NCBI GenBank assembly: GCA_002269645.1
Contig: NIVC01000907.1
Coordinates: forward strand, 248,001-312,000
DNA: 64,000 nt
Source: Macrostomum lignano
Taxonomy: Eukaryota
Direction: 5' to 3'
Below the pieces are notes generated by a model. It did no database searches and was not told the origin of the DNA. It saw nothing but the letters and a program-made list of their open reading frames with translations. Each line of letters begins with the position of its first letter. The stretch's first letter is position 1. Shown in pieces: positions 1-13,270 of the stretch. Both the position numbers and the translations under genes were made by a program.

Positions 1-764
1 AACTTTATTTAGGGGGCTAAGCACATGCGGATCGCTCCGATATGTAGCGTAAATAACTTTATTTAGGAGGCTAATCACATGCGGATCGCTCCGATATGTA
101 GCGTAAATAACTTTAGTGCCAAATGAATATACGAATTTAGTAATAAATTTATTAATGGGCTTACGCATTCAAATGATGAAAAAGATTAATAATCACTAAC
201 AGAAACAATCAAAAACGAAAAGCTTTATATATGCTGCTTCAAACTGTCAGTAGTATGTAATACAAACTTTAATGTTTCAGTAGAAGAATGCAATAAGAGC
301 GGAGTAACTGCACTGCCTGAAGCCTGCACTGCATCAAACTCCGGAGCATTAACCTCTAGGTCTTCGTGCGGTTGTTTTTCTATTTTTATTCGACCATTCA
401 TTAAGTCTTTGAGCTCCGTAGCCTTCCTGCCTGCCTGCCCTGCCCACCCGCCCTTCCTCGCCGCCACTCTCTGAATGAAAGGAGGCTGCAGCAATTCACG
501 CATAATAGAAAAATGTAGACAGAGCGAGAGAGAGACAGAAATATTGAGACAGAGCTGTACTGGACTCTTTCTATCTCAACTTGATTGTGTAGCAGATTGC
601 GCTGGGACTCTGCTGTGGAAGAGACCTGAGCCTCTATTTAGATACCGCATCTGTTTGCTGAGCAAGCAGCTCGCCAGCTCTCGAGGAAGATGAGTTCCAA
701 GCAGCAGAAACTTTGATTTCTTTTTCCAATCAAACAGCCGAGCGTCAGCAACCCGGCATTCGGC

Positions 765-3700
765 ATGGACCCGGCGATGTCTGCTTCTGCGCAGAGTCTG
801 CAACAGCAGCAGCAACAGCAGCAGCAGGGTCTGTTCTGCAACGTGCCCGAGCACCACGACCTGGAGGACTACCTGCACAGCCTGCAGGACCGAGTCGCTT
901 CTCTCCGACGTCGCCTTCGGGAACGTCGCCGCGCCGACAACGCCGAGGCGAAGGCTGAGCTGCAACGGCTTGAAGAGGCCACCCGGGACAAGCGGACCCG
1001 GCTGCAGGACTGCCGCGACGAGCTGGACCTGCGCCGGCGCGCCCTGGAGGAGGTTCGGGCGGAGACTGCGGCGGCTGAGCGGCAGCGAGATACTGCTCAG
1101 GACCAGCTGGCTCAGGCTGAGGCTCGCCTGGCCGCCATGGCTGCTCAGCGGTGAGCGATGGGGCAATGGGTGTGATGGAATGGCTTGGGGTTCTTTAATA
1201 GGCGCCAAACCCTGACTTGCTGGCACTAAATCTGTTTTCAGCTGGCGCCAGATCTGATGTCAGGTGGTGCCAGATCTGATGTCAGGTGGCGCCAGATCTG
1301 ATGTCAGGTGGTGCCAGATCTGATGTCAGGTGGCTCCAGATCTGATATCAGCTGGAGCCACATCTGTTGTCAGCTGGCGCCAGATCTGTTGTCAGCTGGA
1401 GTCAGATCTGATGTCAGCTGGAGTCAGATCTGTTGTCAGCTGGAGTCAGATCTGTTGTCAGCTGGCGCCAGATCTGTTGTCAGCTGGAGCCAGATCTGTT
1501 GTCAGCTGGAGCCAGATCTGTTGTCAGCTGGAGCCAGATCTGTTGCCAGGTGGCGCCAAATCTGATGTCTCGAAGCGCCACATGAAACAAAAATATATCA
1601 ATGATCTTGAAAATGCGCTAATTCACCTACACTAGCTACTGCCGATATGTATTGTAGTATATAAAGAGTTTGAGCATAAAAAACTGCCTCCTTAATTCCC
1701 GCGCAGCGAGCAGCAGTCGCGCGAAGAAACCCATCGGCTGGAGGAGGAGCGCGCCGCCGGCGTCAGCGCCGAGCTGCGCTGCCTGGACGCCAGCCTGGCC
1801 AAGCGGCAGGGCGAGCTGGCCGCCTGCGAGAAGCAGCTTGGCGAGGCTCGGGTAGACTTGGACACGGTGAAGCGCTTCGCGGCCGAGGCCGTGGCCAAGT
1901 CCGAGCGAGCGTCGGCCGAGTACGCCAAGCTGCTGGGCGAATGCGAGGAGTTGAGCAAGCGGTCAGCCGCCTCGGCCAGGGAGATGGCCAAGGCCAGCGA
2001 GGACCTGCAGGCCACTAAGCGAGCCACTATGGAATTGGAGGCCGACAAGTCGGCGCTGGAGCGGACCCTGGCCGATGCGGAGACGCTGCTCAAGGCTAAG
2101 GATGAGCAGTTTCAAGAGGCCGAACGGCGCATTCAACAGGCAGAGGCAACGTAGGTTTCTCGCCATAATAACTAGTTCTAGTTACATAGAAATCAACCCT
2201 ACACCTTGAGAATCAACCCTACACCTTGAGAATCAACCCTACATCTTGAGAATCAACCCTACACCTTGAGTATCAACCCTACATCTTGAGTATCAACCCT
2301 ACACCTTGAGAATCAACCCTAAACCTTGAGAATCAACCCTAAACCTTGAGAATCAACCCTAAACCTTGAGAATCAACCCTAAACCTTGAGTATCAACCCT
2401 AAACCTTGAGAATCAACCCTACATCTTGAGTATCAACCCTACACCTTGAGAATCAACCCTACACCTTGAAAATCGACCATAGGCCTTGAAAATCGACCAT
2501 AGGCCTTGAGAATCGACCCTACACCTTGAGTATCAACCCTACATCTTGAGAATCAACCCTACACCTTGAGTATCAACCCTACACCTTGAGTATCAACCCT
2601 ACACCTTGAGAATTAACCCTAAACCTTGAGAATCAACCCTACATCTTGAGTATCAACCCTACACCTTGAGAATCAACCCTAAACCTTGAGAATCAACCCT
2701 ACATCTTGAGTATCAACCCTACACCTTGAAAATCGACCATAGGCCTTGAAAATCGACCATAGGCCTTGAAAATCGACCATAGGCCTTGATAATCAACCCT
2801 ACACCTTGAAAATCAACCCTACACCTTGAGAATCAACCATAGGCCTTGAGAATCAACCCTACACCTTGAGAATCAACCCTACACCTTGAGAATCAACCAT
2901 AGGCCTTGAGAATCAACCCTACACCTTGAGAATCAACCATACACCTTGAGAATCAACCATAGGCCTTGAGAATCAACCCTACACCTTGAGAATCAACCAT
3001 AGGCCTTGAGAATCAACCATAGGCCTTGAGAATCAACCATAGGCCTTGAGAATCAACCCTACACCTTGAGAATCAACCATAGGCCTTGAGAATCAACCCT
3101 ACACCTTGAGAATCAACCATAGGCCTTGAGAATCAACCCTACACCTTGAGAATCAACCATAGGCCTTGAGAATCAACCATACACCTTGAGAATCAACCAT
3201 AGGCCTTGAGAATCAACCCTACACCTTGAGAATCAACCATAGGCCTTGAGAATCAACCATAGGCCTTGAGAATCAACCCTACACCTTGAGAATCAACCAT
3301 AGGCCTTGAGAATCAACCCTACACCTTGAGAATCAACCATAGGCCTTGAGAATCAACCATAGGCCTTGAGAATCAACCCTACACCTTGAGAATCAACCAT
3401 AGGCCTTGAGAATCAACCCTACACCTTGAGAATCAACCATAGGCCTTGAGAATCAACCCTACACCTTGAGAATCAACCATAGGCCTTGAGAATCAACCCT
3501 ACTCCTTGAGAATCAACCCTAGGCCTTGAGAATCAACTCTACATCAACCCTACGACCCTACATCGATATTATAATTAAGCTTTAAACTGGTTGCCACTGC
3601 AGCTATCAGGAGCTGCAGCGCCATCTGGCCAGCAACTCCTATGACGATCAGCGTCTACTTTGCCGGTTGGACGAAGCTAGTGGACAACTGAAGGTCAAGC

Positions 3701-6700
3701 GAGACGAAATGGCCTCCATCAATGCTAAAGTGAGATTTTTTGTCTAGCCGTTAGACTCGCTGAGTATGCAATGAAACCATTTTGTTAGGGTCACGGAGTC
3801 TGCAATAGAATCAGGTCACTGGGGTCTTGGGGTGTTTAGTGGAATCAGGTCACTGGGGTCACCGAGTGTGTAGTGGAATCAGGTCACTGGGGTCACCGAG
3901 TCACCGAGAAATCTCCCCATCATTCACCTGGCAGCTGGAGGCCAAGCGCAAGGAGCTGGCACAGCTGGAGCAGCTGACCGGCCAGCAGCGCGAGCAGCTC
4001 CGCCAGGCGACGCGGGACTCCCAGCTGACCCGCGAGCAGCTCGAAGGCGAAACCGCCAGGGCCACCCGCGACCTCGCCGAGTTGGAGACTCGAACTCGCG
4101 ACCAAACTAGCCGGCTGGCCGCGCTGCGCGAGGAGACGGCCCAGGCGGCGAGGGCGGCTAAGGCGGAGGAGGTGCGGCGGGACGCTGCGAGATCCCAGCT
4201 GGAGAAGGACAAAGAGGTTCGTGGCTGACTGCGTGTCTACGATCTGATAGTAGCTGAGGATCTGATAGGCTGGCGACCCTCCCATATTTTCAGTTCCTAG
4301 GCCAGCCTCGCTTCCTCAGTTGCTGGGCCAGCCTATCAGATCCTCAGTTGCTGGGCCAGCCTATCAGATCCTCAGTTTCTGGGCCAGCCTCCCAGAGTGT
4401 CAGTTGCTGGGGCAGCCTCCCAGAGTGTCAGTTGCTGGGGCAGCCTCCCAGATCCTCAGTTGCTGGGCCAACCTCCCAGATCCTCAGTTGCTGGGCCAAC
4501 CTCCCAGATCCTCAGTTGCTGGGCCAGCCTCCCAGATCCTCAGTTGCTGGGCCAGCCTCCCAGAGTGTCAGTTGCTGGGCCAGCCTCCCAGAGTGTCAGT
4601 TGCTGGGCCAGCCTCCCAGAGTGTCAGTTGCCGGGCCAGCCTCCCAAATCCTCAGTGGCTGAGCCAGCCTCCCAAGAATCGCAGATCCTCAGCTTGTACA
4701 GTGTAACAGTGATTAGAAACTCGTTATTCTTTAACGCCAATCACTATTCCGTAACTTTGAACATGAAACCTGCCAGTCCCAGCAATTTAACCCACTGGAC
4801 AATGCCAGCAGCGCTGAGCGTGGATTCGCTGCTACAGTGAGAGTCGCTAGAATTTCATAGAGTTTAGCCCGCTGTTGTGCCACTGTTTCCTTATATTTTA
4901 TTCCGTATTCTATTATTTTATTCGTAGCTGTATGCTAGACCTTCTCGCCCCTATGCATGTAGCGATCAGCGCCGCGACTTTTAGACACTTTTAGCTTTAT
5001 TCTCTGTTGCACTGCATACATATCCTAAATGTTTACTGCACTCTCTAAACAGCAAACTGTTATAATGCTATTATTAATTTGCTGCTTCTTGCATTAGTTT
5101 CATGTTGTTTCTAGTCCTTGAATTGAGCATTGAACTGTGAACTGTGCTCAGAACACTAGAGCCCCAGCTGAGAACTGGTGTCTCAGAGCCCCAGCTGAGA
5201 ACTGGTGTCTCAGAGCCCCAGCTGAGAACTGGTGTCTCTTAGATCCCCAATTGAGAACTGGTGTCTCTTAGATCCCCAATTGAGAACTGGTGTCTCTTAG
5301 ATCCCCAGCTGAGAACCGGCATCCCCGGTCAGCCTACTCACAGTCTCCAATCTCACCATGCCAGGAGCTGGAGTCCATCGGCAGCCAGTCGGCCAAGCAG
5401 AAGCAGGAGCTCAGCCGGCTGCTCGACCTGACCGAGTCGCAGCGGGCGCAGCTGGCGCAACTCAGCACCGACTGCTCAGAGAAGTCGACCGCATTGGCCA
5501 GCCTGAACGGCGCCCTGGCCGAGGCCCGCCGCGACCTCAAAGAGGCGGAGGCGACCCGGCAGCGACAGCTGGGCGAGCTGGACCGACTGAGGGAGGCGGT
5601 CGGGCGGGAGAACGAGGCATTGGAGCTGCTGAACAGCGACAAGCGCAACCTGGAGGCGCTGGTTGCGGGTGAGTCGGCGGCGGGTTCAGAGAGTTACCAG
5701 AGGGGCTCCCTTGGTTCGAATCCGCACTTGCCACAGAGCAACTGTTATGTACAGCTAATATTTTATTACAAGGTGTCCTTGATCCGTCATTGCAAACTAA
5801 ATGTCACGTGACAGCTCGCGGCTGTCTAAATGCATGTGGACAAATCTCCCATATGATTTGATTCAACTGGCTCCCAGGCTTGAAACGCGAGCGGGACAGC
5901 CTGGCGGAGGCGCGCGACCAGTGCGAGCAGCGCGGCCAGCAGCTCCGGCGTCAGCTGGGCGAGCTGGAGGACTCGCTGGTGACGGCGCAGACCCGGCTGG
6001 AGAAGGCGGAGCAGGACGCCGCGGCGGCCAGCAGAGGGCTGGAGAGACTGCGGGCTGACAAAACCCAGCTGCAGAAGGAGATTGCTCAGCTGCAGGTGAG
6101 CTTACCGAGTTGTCTGCCAGCTGCCTAGACAGCCTCCCCAGGTTACTGCTGCATCTTCCGTGACTTCTGGTAAGAGGTAAGAGTCGAGAGAGTCTGACGC
6201 GCTTCTAAAAGGATTCTGAGGCCGTAGAGTCGTATCTGAGTCGTGCTGGAGTTGTTGTAGAATCACTGAGTTGCGCCTTAAGCGCATCTGCATCACTTTA
6301 TGAATCAGAATTGCATTTCGAATTCATAACTCTATTTTTAGTCTACTTAAGTTAGTAGACAGGTAAGCGCTAACACAATGACTCTTGGACAACTCTTTTG
6401 TGACTCTCTTAAGATTCTACAGCTCACGTGATGCGCTCGTGCCTCCAACAATGGCCTCTCCGTTGCATTGCACAATTAGCACTCATTCGGGTCGTTAAAA
6501 ACCATCGGGGCTTCCCAGATCCCCCTCAAACCCTCAGCTGATGCGAGCGTCCCCTTTCTCCCCAGGACCTGTCCCGCGAGGCCAGCCAAGAGTGCAGCAG
6601 TCGCCGCAGCCGCCTCGCGGACGCCGAGTCTCAGTTGGAGTCGCTCGACGGCGAGCTTCGATCTCGTCAGCGCGAGAAAGACGACCTGTGCTGCGAGCTG

Positions 6701-9700
6701 CGCCGAGTTCAGGTGAGTCATCGAGAGGCCAGGATGAGCAGTGCTGGAGCCCCAATGCCTGACCTCCACTATGACCGTCCTCGCTCAACGCGATCCCTCA
6801 GGAGTCGATCCGCGCCAACCGCCTCGCGGCCGAAGAGGCGGCCAACCAGCTGTCCGGCGTCCAGCAGGAGCTGTCCGGCGCCGAGGCGCGCCTGGCCGAG
6901 CGCCAAACGGAGCTGCAGGAGGCCGGCCGGAAGCTGGCCAGAGCCCGCGCCGAGGCCGAGAAAGAAGAGGCCCGGCTTGCCGCCCTGCTGGCCAGCAGCG
7001 GCTCCGAGCTGGACGGCGTCCGAGCCGACCTGGCGCTGCGCCAGGAGGAGCTCCGGTCGGCCAGCGCGTCTCTCGGCCACGTGCGGCGCGAGTGCGAGTC
7101 GCAGCGGTTCACGGCTGACAGGTTAGAGGGGGGCTTGGATCATCTGACCTGATAGAAACTGCCTTCTGGATTCCCCTTGTAAAATCGCTCTGAGGATTCC
7201 CCTTAGCGAATCGCCCTAAGGATTCCCCCTGGAGAATCGCCTTAAGGATTCCCCTTGGAGAATTGCCCCGGGGATTCCCATTTGGAGAATCGCCCCGGGG
7301 ATTCCTATTTGGAGAATCGCCCCGGGGATTCCCCTTTGGAGAATCGCCCCGCTACGCTTGGGAGAGCCAGAGTCGCCTTAGAACCCGACCGCAGCCCCAT
7401 GCTGAAGCCCCCCACCCCAACACCGAACCGGCAGGTGCGGCGAGCTGGAGGCCAAACTGGCCGAACTCAGCCACGAGGCGGCCAGCTGCCAGAGGGACAA
7501 GCAGGAGCTGGCCCAGGCGCTCAACCGCAGCTACAAGGAGATCACCGGCCTGCGGGACCAGTGCGTGGCTGAGCGCCAGGCCCGCGTGGATGCGGTTCAC
7601 GCCACGGAGCAGCAGCTGGCCAGGATGAGGGACCAGCTGGCCAGGACTGCTCAGGTGGGGGTGGGCTTTTATGTGTACTGGTCTCTGAGTTTTACTGGGG
7701 ATAATGGGGTCATGCAAATCACTCCAGTTGGATTATGAGGTCATGCAAATCACTCCAGTTGGATGATGGGGTCATGCAAATCACTCCAGTTGGATGATGG
7801 GGTCATGCAAATCACTCCAGTTGGATGATGGGGTCATGCAAATCACTCCAATTGGATGATGGGGTCATGCAAATCACTCCAATTGGATGATGGGGTCATG
7901 CAAATCACTCCAGTTGGATTATGAGGTCATGCAAATCACTCCAGTTGGATTATGAGGTCATGCAAATCACTCCAATTGGATGATGGGGTCATGCAAATCA
8001 CTCCAGTTGGATTATGAGGTCATGCAAATCACTCCAGTTGGATGATGGGGTCATGCAAATCACTCCAGTTGGATGATGGGGTCATGCAAATCACTCCAGT
8101 TGGATGATGGGGTCATGCAAATCACTCCAATTGGATGATGGGGTCATGCAAATCACTCCAATTGGATGATGGGGTCATGCAAATCACTCCAATTGGATGA
8201 TGGGGTCATGCAAATCACTCCAGTTGGATTATGAGGTCATGCAAATCACTCCAGTTGGATTATGAGGTCATGCAAATCACTCCAGTTGGATGATGGGGTC
8301 ATGCAAATCACTCCAGTTGGATAATGGGGTCATGCAAATCACTCCAGTTGGATGATGGGGTCATGCAAATCACTCCAGTTGGATTATGAGGTCATGCAAA
8401 TCACTCCAGTTGGATTATGAGGTCATGCAAATCACTCCAGTTGGATGATGGGGTCATGCAAATCACTCCAGTTGGATTATGAGGTCATGCAAATCACTCC
8501 AGTTGGATGATGGGGTCATGCAAATCACTCCAATTGGATGATGGAGTCATACAAATCACTCTAGCGTAAGTCATAAATCAGTCAATCAACGCTCATCGAA
8601 ATCCCGCAGGAGCTGGAGGACACCCGCAGGCGGGACGCTGAGCAGGCAGCGGAGCTCGAGCGCACCGGCCGGGAGCAGCGCAAGCGGGCTGAGCGGCTCA
8701 CTGACGACCTGTCTGCTTGCCGGCAGGAGCTGGTCAAGCTGAAGAAGCAGGTGAGAAATTTACAGTTTAGTTGGCCTTTATAAATTAGCTGGACTTACAT
8801 GTAGCAACTAGTTGTGTGCATTTGAATTTAACACGGCTCGCTTTGACCAGCTAACCAAACTTGCGCTGAAACACTGCTTTTTCCTGCTCCGCAACAGGTC
8901 AGCTCATTTGGCAGCATTCTGTTCACCACCGCGCAGGAGGTAAATGTGCTGTAGAACTTTGCTCCCAGACTGGGATATCTGCTCCCATTTAGATCCCCAG
9001 GTTGGTATATCTGATCCCATTTAGATCCCCAGGTTGGGATGTCTGATCCCATTTAGATCCCCAGGTTGGGATATCTGATCCCATTTAGATCTCCATGTTA
9101 GGATATCTGATCCCATTCAGATCCACAGATTGAGATATCTGATCCCATTTAGATCTCCATGTTGGGATATCTGATCCCATTTAGATCCCCAGGTTGGGAC
9201 ATCTGATCCCATTTAAATCCCCAGACTGGGATATCTGCCCATGTTTTGGCTGCAAATTGCCCATCTAAAATCATAAATCTCACGCGATCCAATTCTACCG
9301 CCCACCCAGATCCTGTCCCAGGAGGAGCTGATCGATCGCGAGCGTCGAGTTGTGGGCGCCCTGCGCACCTTCAAGGACGACCTGGACGCCGGTCGGTTGG
9401 ACCTGCCAGACACCGACAACCGACAGTTTGAGCAGCAGCTTGAGCAGCAGCAGGTTCTGCGCGGAGGTGGTCGGGATCAGCGCCAGCAGCGAGTCCAGGT
9501 GCACCTGAGCAGCCTCCGCAGGAACCTTTCCGCTGCCCGAGGGGAGCCGCCGGACTCCGCGGCAGTGGCTGCGGCAGACTCGAACGGAGCCGGACTCAAG
9601 GAGCAGCTGCAGCGTGAGCTGAACCAGGCGGCTGAGCAGGTTGCTATGCAGTACCAGCGGTCTCACAGCAGTTTGAGATCCCTGCGGCTGAGACTGGAGG

Positions 9701-9741
9701 AGCTGGAGACCAACCTGCAGCTCGCTGCCGCTAGCAACTGA
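765..9741 (+). CDS. CNTRL: Centriolin/CEP110-like long coiled-coil protein, 11 exons, about 1006 aa; may be the 3' part of a longer gene
   Basis: GT-AG exons 765-1150, 1707-2150, 3603-3729, 3935-4216, 5365-5668, 5878-6095, 6566-6712, 6802-7121, 7435-7654, 8610-8750 and 9310-9741 join in frame (3021 nt). The N-terminal FCNVPEHHDLEDYLHSL and C-terminal LKEQLQRELNQ...SLRSLRLRLEEL recall centriolin motifs (from memory). The frame stays open back to an acceptor at 736-737, so upstream exons are possible. Confidence 0.6.
1243..1565. repeat. 22-bp intronic minisatellite (GCCAGATCTGATGTCAGGTGGT)
   Basis: Tandem copies in intron 1 of the coiled-coil gene. Confidence 0.9.
2190..3560. repeat. 20-bp intronic minisatellite (AATCAACCCTACACCTTGAG / AATCAACCATAGGCCTTGAG)
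   Basis: Two interspersed variants. Confidence 0.95.
4280..4690. repeat. 28-bp intronic minisatellite (CCAGCCTCCCAGATCCTCAGTTGCTGGG)
   Basis: Tandem copies. Confidence 0.9.
5155..5320. repeat. 27-29-bp intronic minisatellite (CAGCTGAGAACTGGTGTCTC..)
   Basis: About 6 copies. Confidence 0.85.
7165..7330. repeat. About 27-bp intronic minisatellite (GAGAATCGCCCCGGGGATTCCC..)
   Basis: Degenerate tandem copies. Confidence 0.8.
7700..8550. repeat. 31-bp intronic minisatellite (GGGGTCATGCAAATCACTCCAGTTGGATGAT)
   Basis: Highly homogeneous array. Confidence 0.95.
8968..9240. repeat. 32-bp intronic minisatellite (GATCCCATTTAGATCCCCAGGTTGGGATATCT)
   Basis: Tandem copies. Confidence 0.9.
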
Positions 9742-10724
9742 CGCTTGCTTAGCTGTTTAGGGTAGTGCGGTTGCCATGGAAACTGCAAAAGTTCGCTATT
9801 GTAATTACTACTGCATCGCCATTGACTGGCGCTTAGTGCTCAAATGTTGATCAGTTTTTCAGTGTGCTTTGTTATCAGTTACAGCTTTTTCTGTCTCCGT
9901 CCGAATTAGTTATTTTCTAACATCGAATTCACTCTTATTTATACTACTAGTTTGCTACCAGACTATCAAGTAGTATGCATTGTAAAATCCGCTCTCCGGT
10001 GCATTTTGTTCGGCTTAAATTTTTTCTAAGAAACTCAATAAAATTTTCTGTGCGGACCGGCACTGAAACATGATTGAATTGCTGAGTTAACACGGCTGGT
10101 ATGTGTACATTTGCCTGCATAGATTTTATATTTTATATTATTCATTTAGTACATTCCGTCCTCTGCTTCGATCTGTGATTCCCATTACATTTATTAACCA
10201 GCGCTTTTTTTGTGTCGTTTCGTAGAATTTTTATTCGACATCATTTTTTTTCAAGGCTTGCCCTCGCTCTGCACTACTCAGTTACCCGGCGCTCAAGCTA
10301 GTAGTATTATTAGTACATCTAAACAAAATTACATCTCAATTTCGACTCAAGCATCAGCTTTGAAATATTGTATTAGCTAATAAAATAATATTTAACTGCG
10401 AATTCATGCCAATGCCTACTTATGCGCTGATTACTCGTACCGCCTGGTGTGAGTAGTATTTGCCAACATTACAGCTATTTTTACCTGAATGCGGTGGAAA
10501 TTGAATTTATGAATCATGACTGACAAATTTATAAATAAATAAATGTGCTAGGCTGACTAAATTATTTGGTCAATTTATATAGAAATGACTGTAAGGATTA
10601 CTCACTACTAACTACTTTATTAAGCATATGTTCGGGGAAAGGTTTTAGTTTCTTCAGAGCCGGTTTACCGACTAAATAAAGCGCAGTTTTGTATAGAAAT
10701 TTGAACTTCTTGCAGCCGACAGAA

Positions 10725-11839
10725 ATGCGCCCTCTGACCCTGGCGCTGCTGTTGGCGCTGGCCTTCTGTGCTCCGTTGCTACCCGGTTGTCAGGCCGAAT
10801 CGGTGGAGCTTGGCGACTCCAACTGGCTGAATCGGCTGGCCGAGAATCGCACCTGGCTGATCGAATTCTTCGCCCCCTGGTGCCCGGCATGCCGGCGGCT
10901 GCGGCCCGCGTGGCAACTGCTGGCCAGGCGTGCTGGCGAGGTCGACGGCCTGAGCGTCGGGCACGTGGACATTGCTAAGGAGGAGGTGCGGGTCGGGGGT
11001 TTCGCGTTCGCTTGGGATTTAAAATGAGGATTTTAGATTTTATTGGGGATTTGGGAGTCTGATTTGGAATTTATGATAACGATTGAGAGTTACGGATGCG
11101 GAATGCGCCGAAATTGGAATTCATTATTTATTAATAGAGGAAATTTAAAGGTAAGATTTGAAAATTGTGATTCCGAAAAATGAACAAGATTGAGAGAAAA
11201 ATCTGGGATTCCTTAAATAAGCAAAGCCTTTAGTCCAAATGCCCAATCATCCCCCACTGTCCCCAGGTGCTGGCCGGCATGTTCCTCATCACCCAGCTGC
11301 CCACCATCTACCTGTACACGCCGGACGGCTCGTTCCGCCAGTTTGACCCGTCCTCCATCCCGGCCGGCGCCAGCGACGACCAGCTGGCCGCGGTGTGGCT
11401 GCGCTTCGCCCGGCCCGGCGGCGGCCACTCCGGCGTCGCCCCGTTGCCATGGTACCGGTCGCCAACCGCGCCGCACGTCCGCTGCATGGCCTGGCTGATC
11501 CGGGGCGCCCTGTCCGTGCGGGACCTGCACACCCGCCTCACCGGGCCGCAGATCGGCATGTCGACCCACGTGGCCTACCTGGTCATCCTGTGCGCCGCCG
11601 TGGCCGTCGGGGTCGGCCTGGTGCTCTGCCTGGTCTGTCTGTGCGACCGCTGCTGCCCCGAGGACCCGCCGGCCGAGGATGACGAGCAGCAGCTGCTGCA
11701 GCAGCAGAAGGTCCTCGAGGCCGCCGCCGCAGCCCAGCGGCAGAAGCTACGGGAAGCCGAAGCCTCCAGCAGTCAAGGCGATGGCGCCGCGGTGCGTCGG
11801 AGACCGGTGCCTGGCGGCGCCGCCGATGGGGAGAACTAA
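10725..11839 (+). CDS. TMX1: Thioredoxin-related transmembrane protein (TMX1/TMX4 family), 2 exons
   Basis: Exons 10725-10985 and 11267-11839. Signal peptide, WLIEFFAPWCPAC active site (WCPAC typical of TMX1), FLITQLPTIY, single TM helix, acidic/Q-rich tail. Confidence 0.85.
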
Positions 11840-11972
11840 TTCTCGACCAGGGGCGCAGTCGGGGAGGGGTTTCCCAGGCAGCGAAATGCCGCTGCGTCAA
11901 AATGGGGCTCAGACGAACCAGACGGTCGTTTTCAAAACGACGCCCCATTTATGCGGCAGGAAGGGGCCTATC

Positions 11973-12247
11973 AACTTGAGCTCATAAAGCGGAGCCCAAG
12001 TACCCTATGTACACAAATGATACATCATTCTGTTCACAGTGACATCAAGAAGCTGGGTTTGGCAAAAAAGTTACAAAAATTAGACCTGGAATAGGCAGAA
12101 CAAGCTAGGAGACAATTAGGGACTATTATGTAAATTTCTCTCCTATCCTAGATCCAATTGTTGTAAAAAAATTTAACCAAATCCAGCTTCCTGGTGTCAC
12201 TGTGAGTCATTACATAGGTTACTCGGGCTCCACTATGAGCTTAAGTT
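11973..12247. mobile_element. MITE-like element with ~70-bp imperfect TIRs
   Basis: AACTTGAGCTCATA..GGAGCCC.AGTA.CCTATGTA...TCACAGTGACA.CA.GAAGCTGG.TTTGG at the left end is mirrored at 12177-12247. No clear TSD. Confidence 0.7.
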
Positions 12248-13270
12248 TACAAGCCCTTTTAAAGAAACGATTTGTGAGGGCAAAAATGCGCACAGCTTAA
12301 GCATTCCTTGTTACTAAAGTAGTCTTTGTAGCACTGGTTACAACCGTGTCTTCTCATAGGTGCTTTACTCATTTTTATCAAATTTGTTGCAATTTGCTTA
12401 TTAAATGAAACTGCAGTCTTCCCGCGAGTTTTCAGCTGATGCCACTAATAAATCAAATAAATTTAAACAAAATTCTGATTCAATCATTGCAGCTATCAAT
12501 AGTTATGAAAAATTTGCATTTTCTTGATTTTTTAATATAATTAGTCCTCTGTGCATTGACTCGCAAGCAAAACAGAATTATATATTTCATATTTGCGATG
12601 CTCAAAATATGTTAAACACAAATTACATAATTTTCTACGGAAAGTCACACAGTCGCTTAGCATTATCGCGTGTACTCGGATCCCAGCGTTAATAAACTAA
12701 TAAACTAAAGTTTGACTGACGCCCTACTGGTAGAATGACTGGATTTGCCGCTCGCCTGGAGTCTCACGAGTGCAACTGACCATTTTCTTTGAAATCTGGT
12801 GCCGATCGTTCGGATAAATTCTGATTTAAAAAAGGAAAAAAAACTCTAATTTTACTACTGCAAAGCGCAGTAGACTCATGAGCATTTTTCACGAGTGTTC
12901 ATCTGCGATTCCACCCGCAGGGGGGCTCGCGGGCTAGTCTTCTATACTAACTGCAGGTGTTGCGCGATCGAAATTTACAAGCAGAAAGCAATAAAAAGCA
13001 CAATAAAATTAATAACAACATGCAAATACAGAGGGATTAAATTTCATTATTTAATTCTCATCAGCTCGAATTCGCATTTTAGCACTGCAGAACAACAGAG
13101 TGGCAAAAGAGTAAACTTATGATTGGATTTAAAAAACCATTCTGAATAAAAGAATGACATTGAAAAAGCCGATGATTTACAGCCTACTGACAGACAACAT
13201 GGACAGTAGTCAGTAGCGAGCAGGAGGAATACAATTAAACAAAATACATATACACGGCATTGCAGACAAT

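Noticed and set aside
225-503. 92-aa minus-strand ORF
   Set aside because: No motif, no clear splice context, non-ATG start, and includes a simple repeat.
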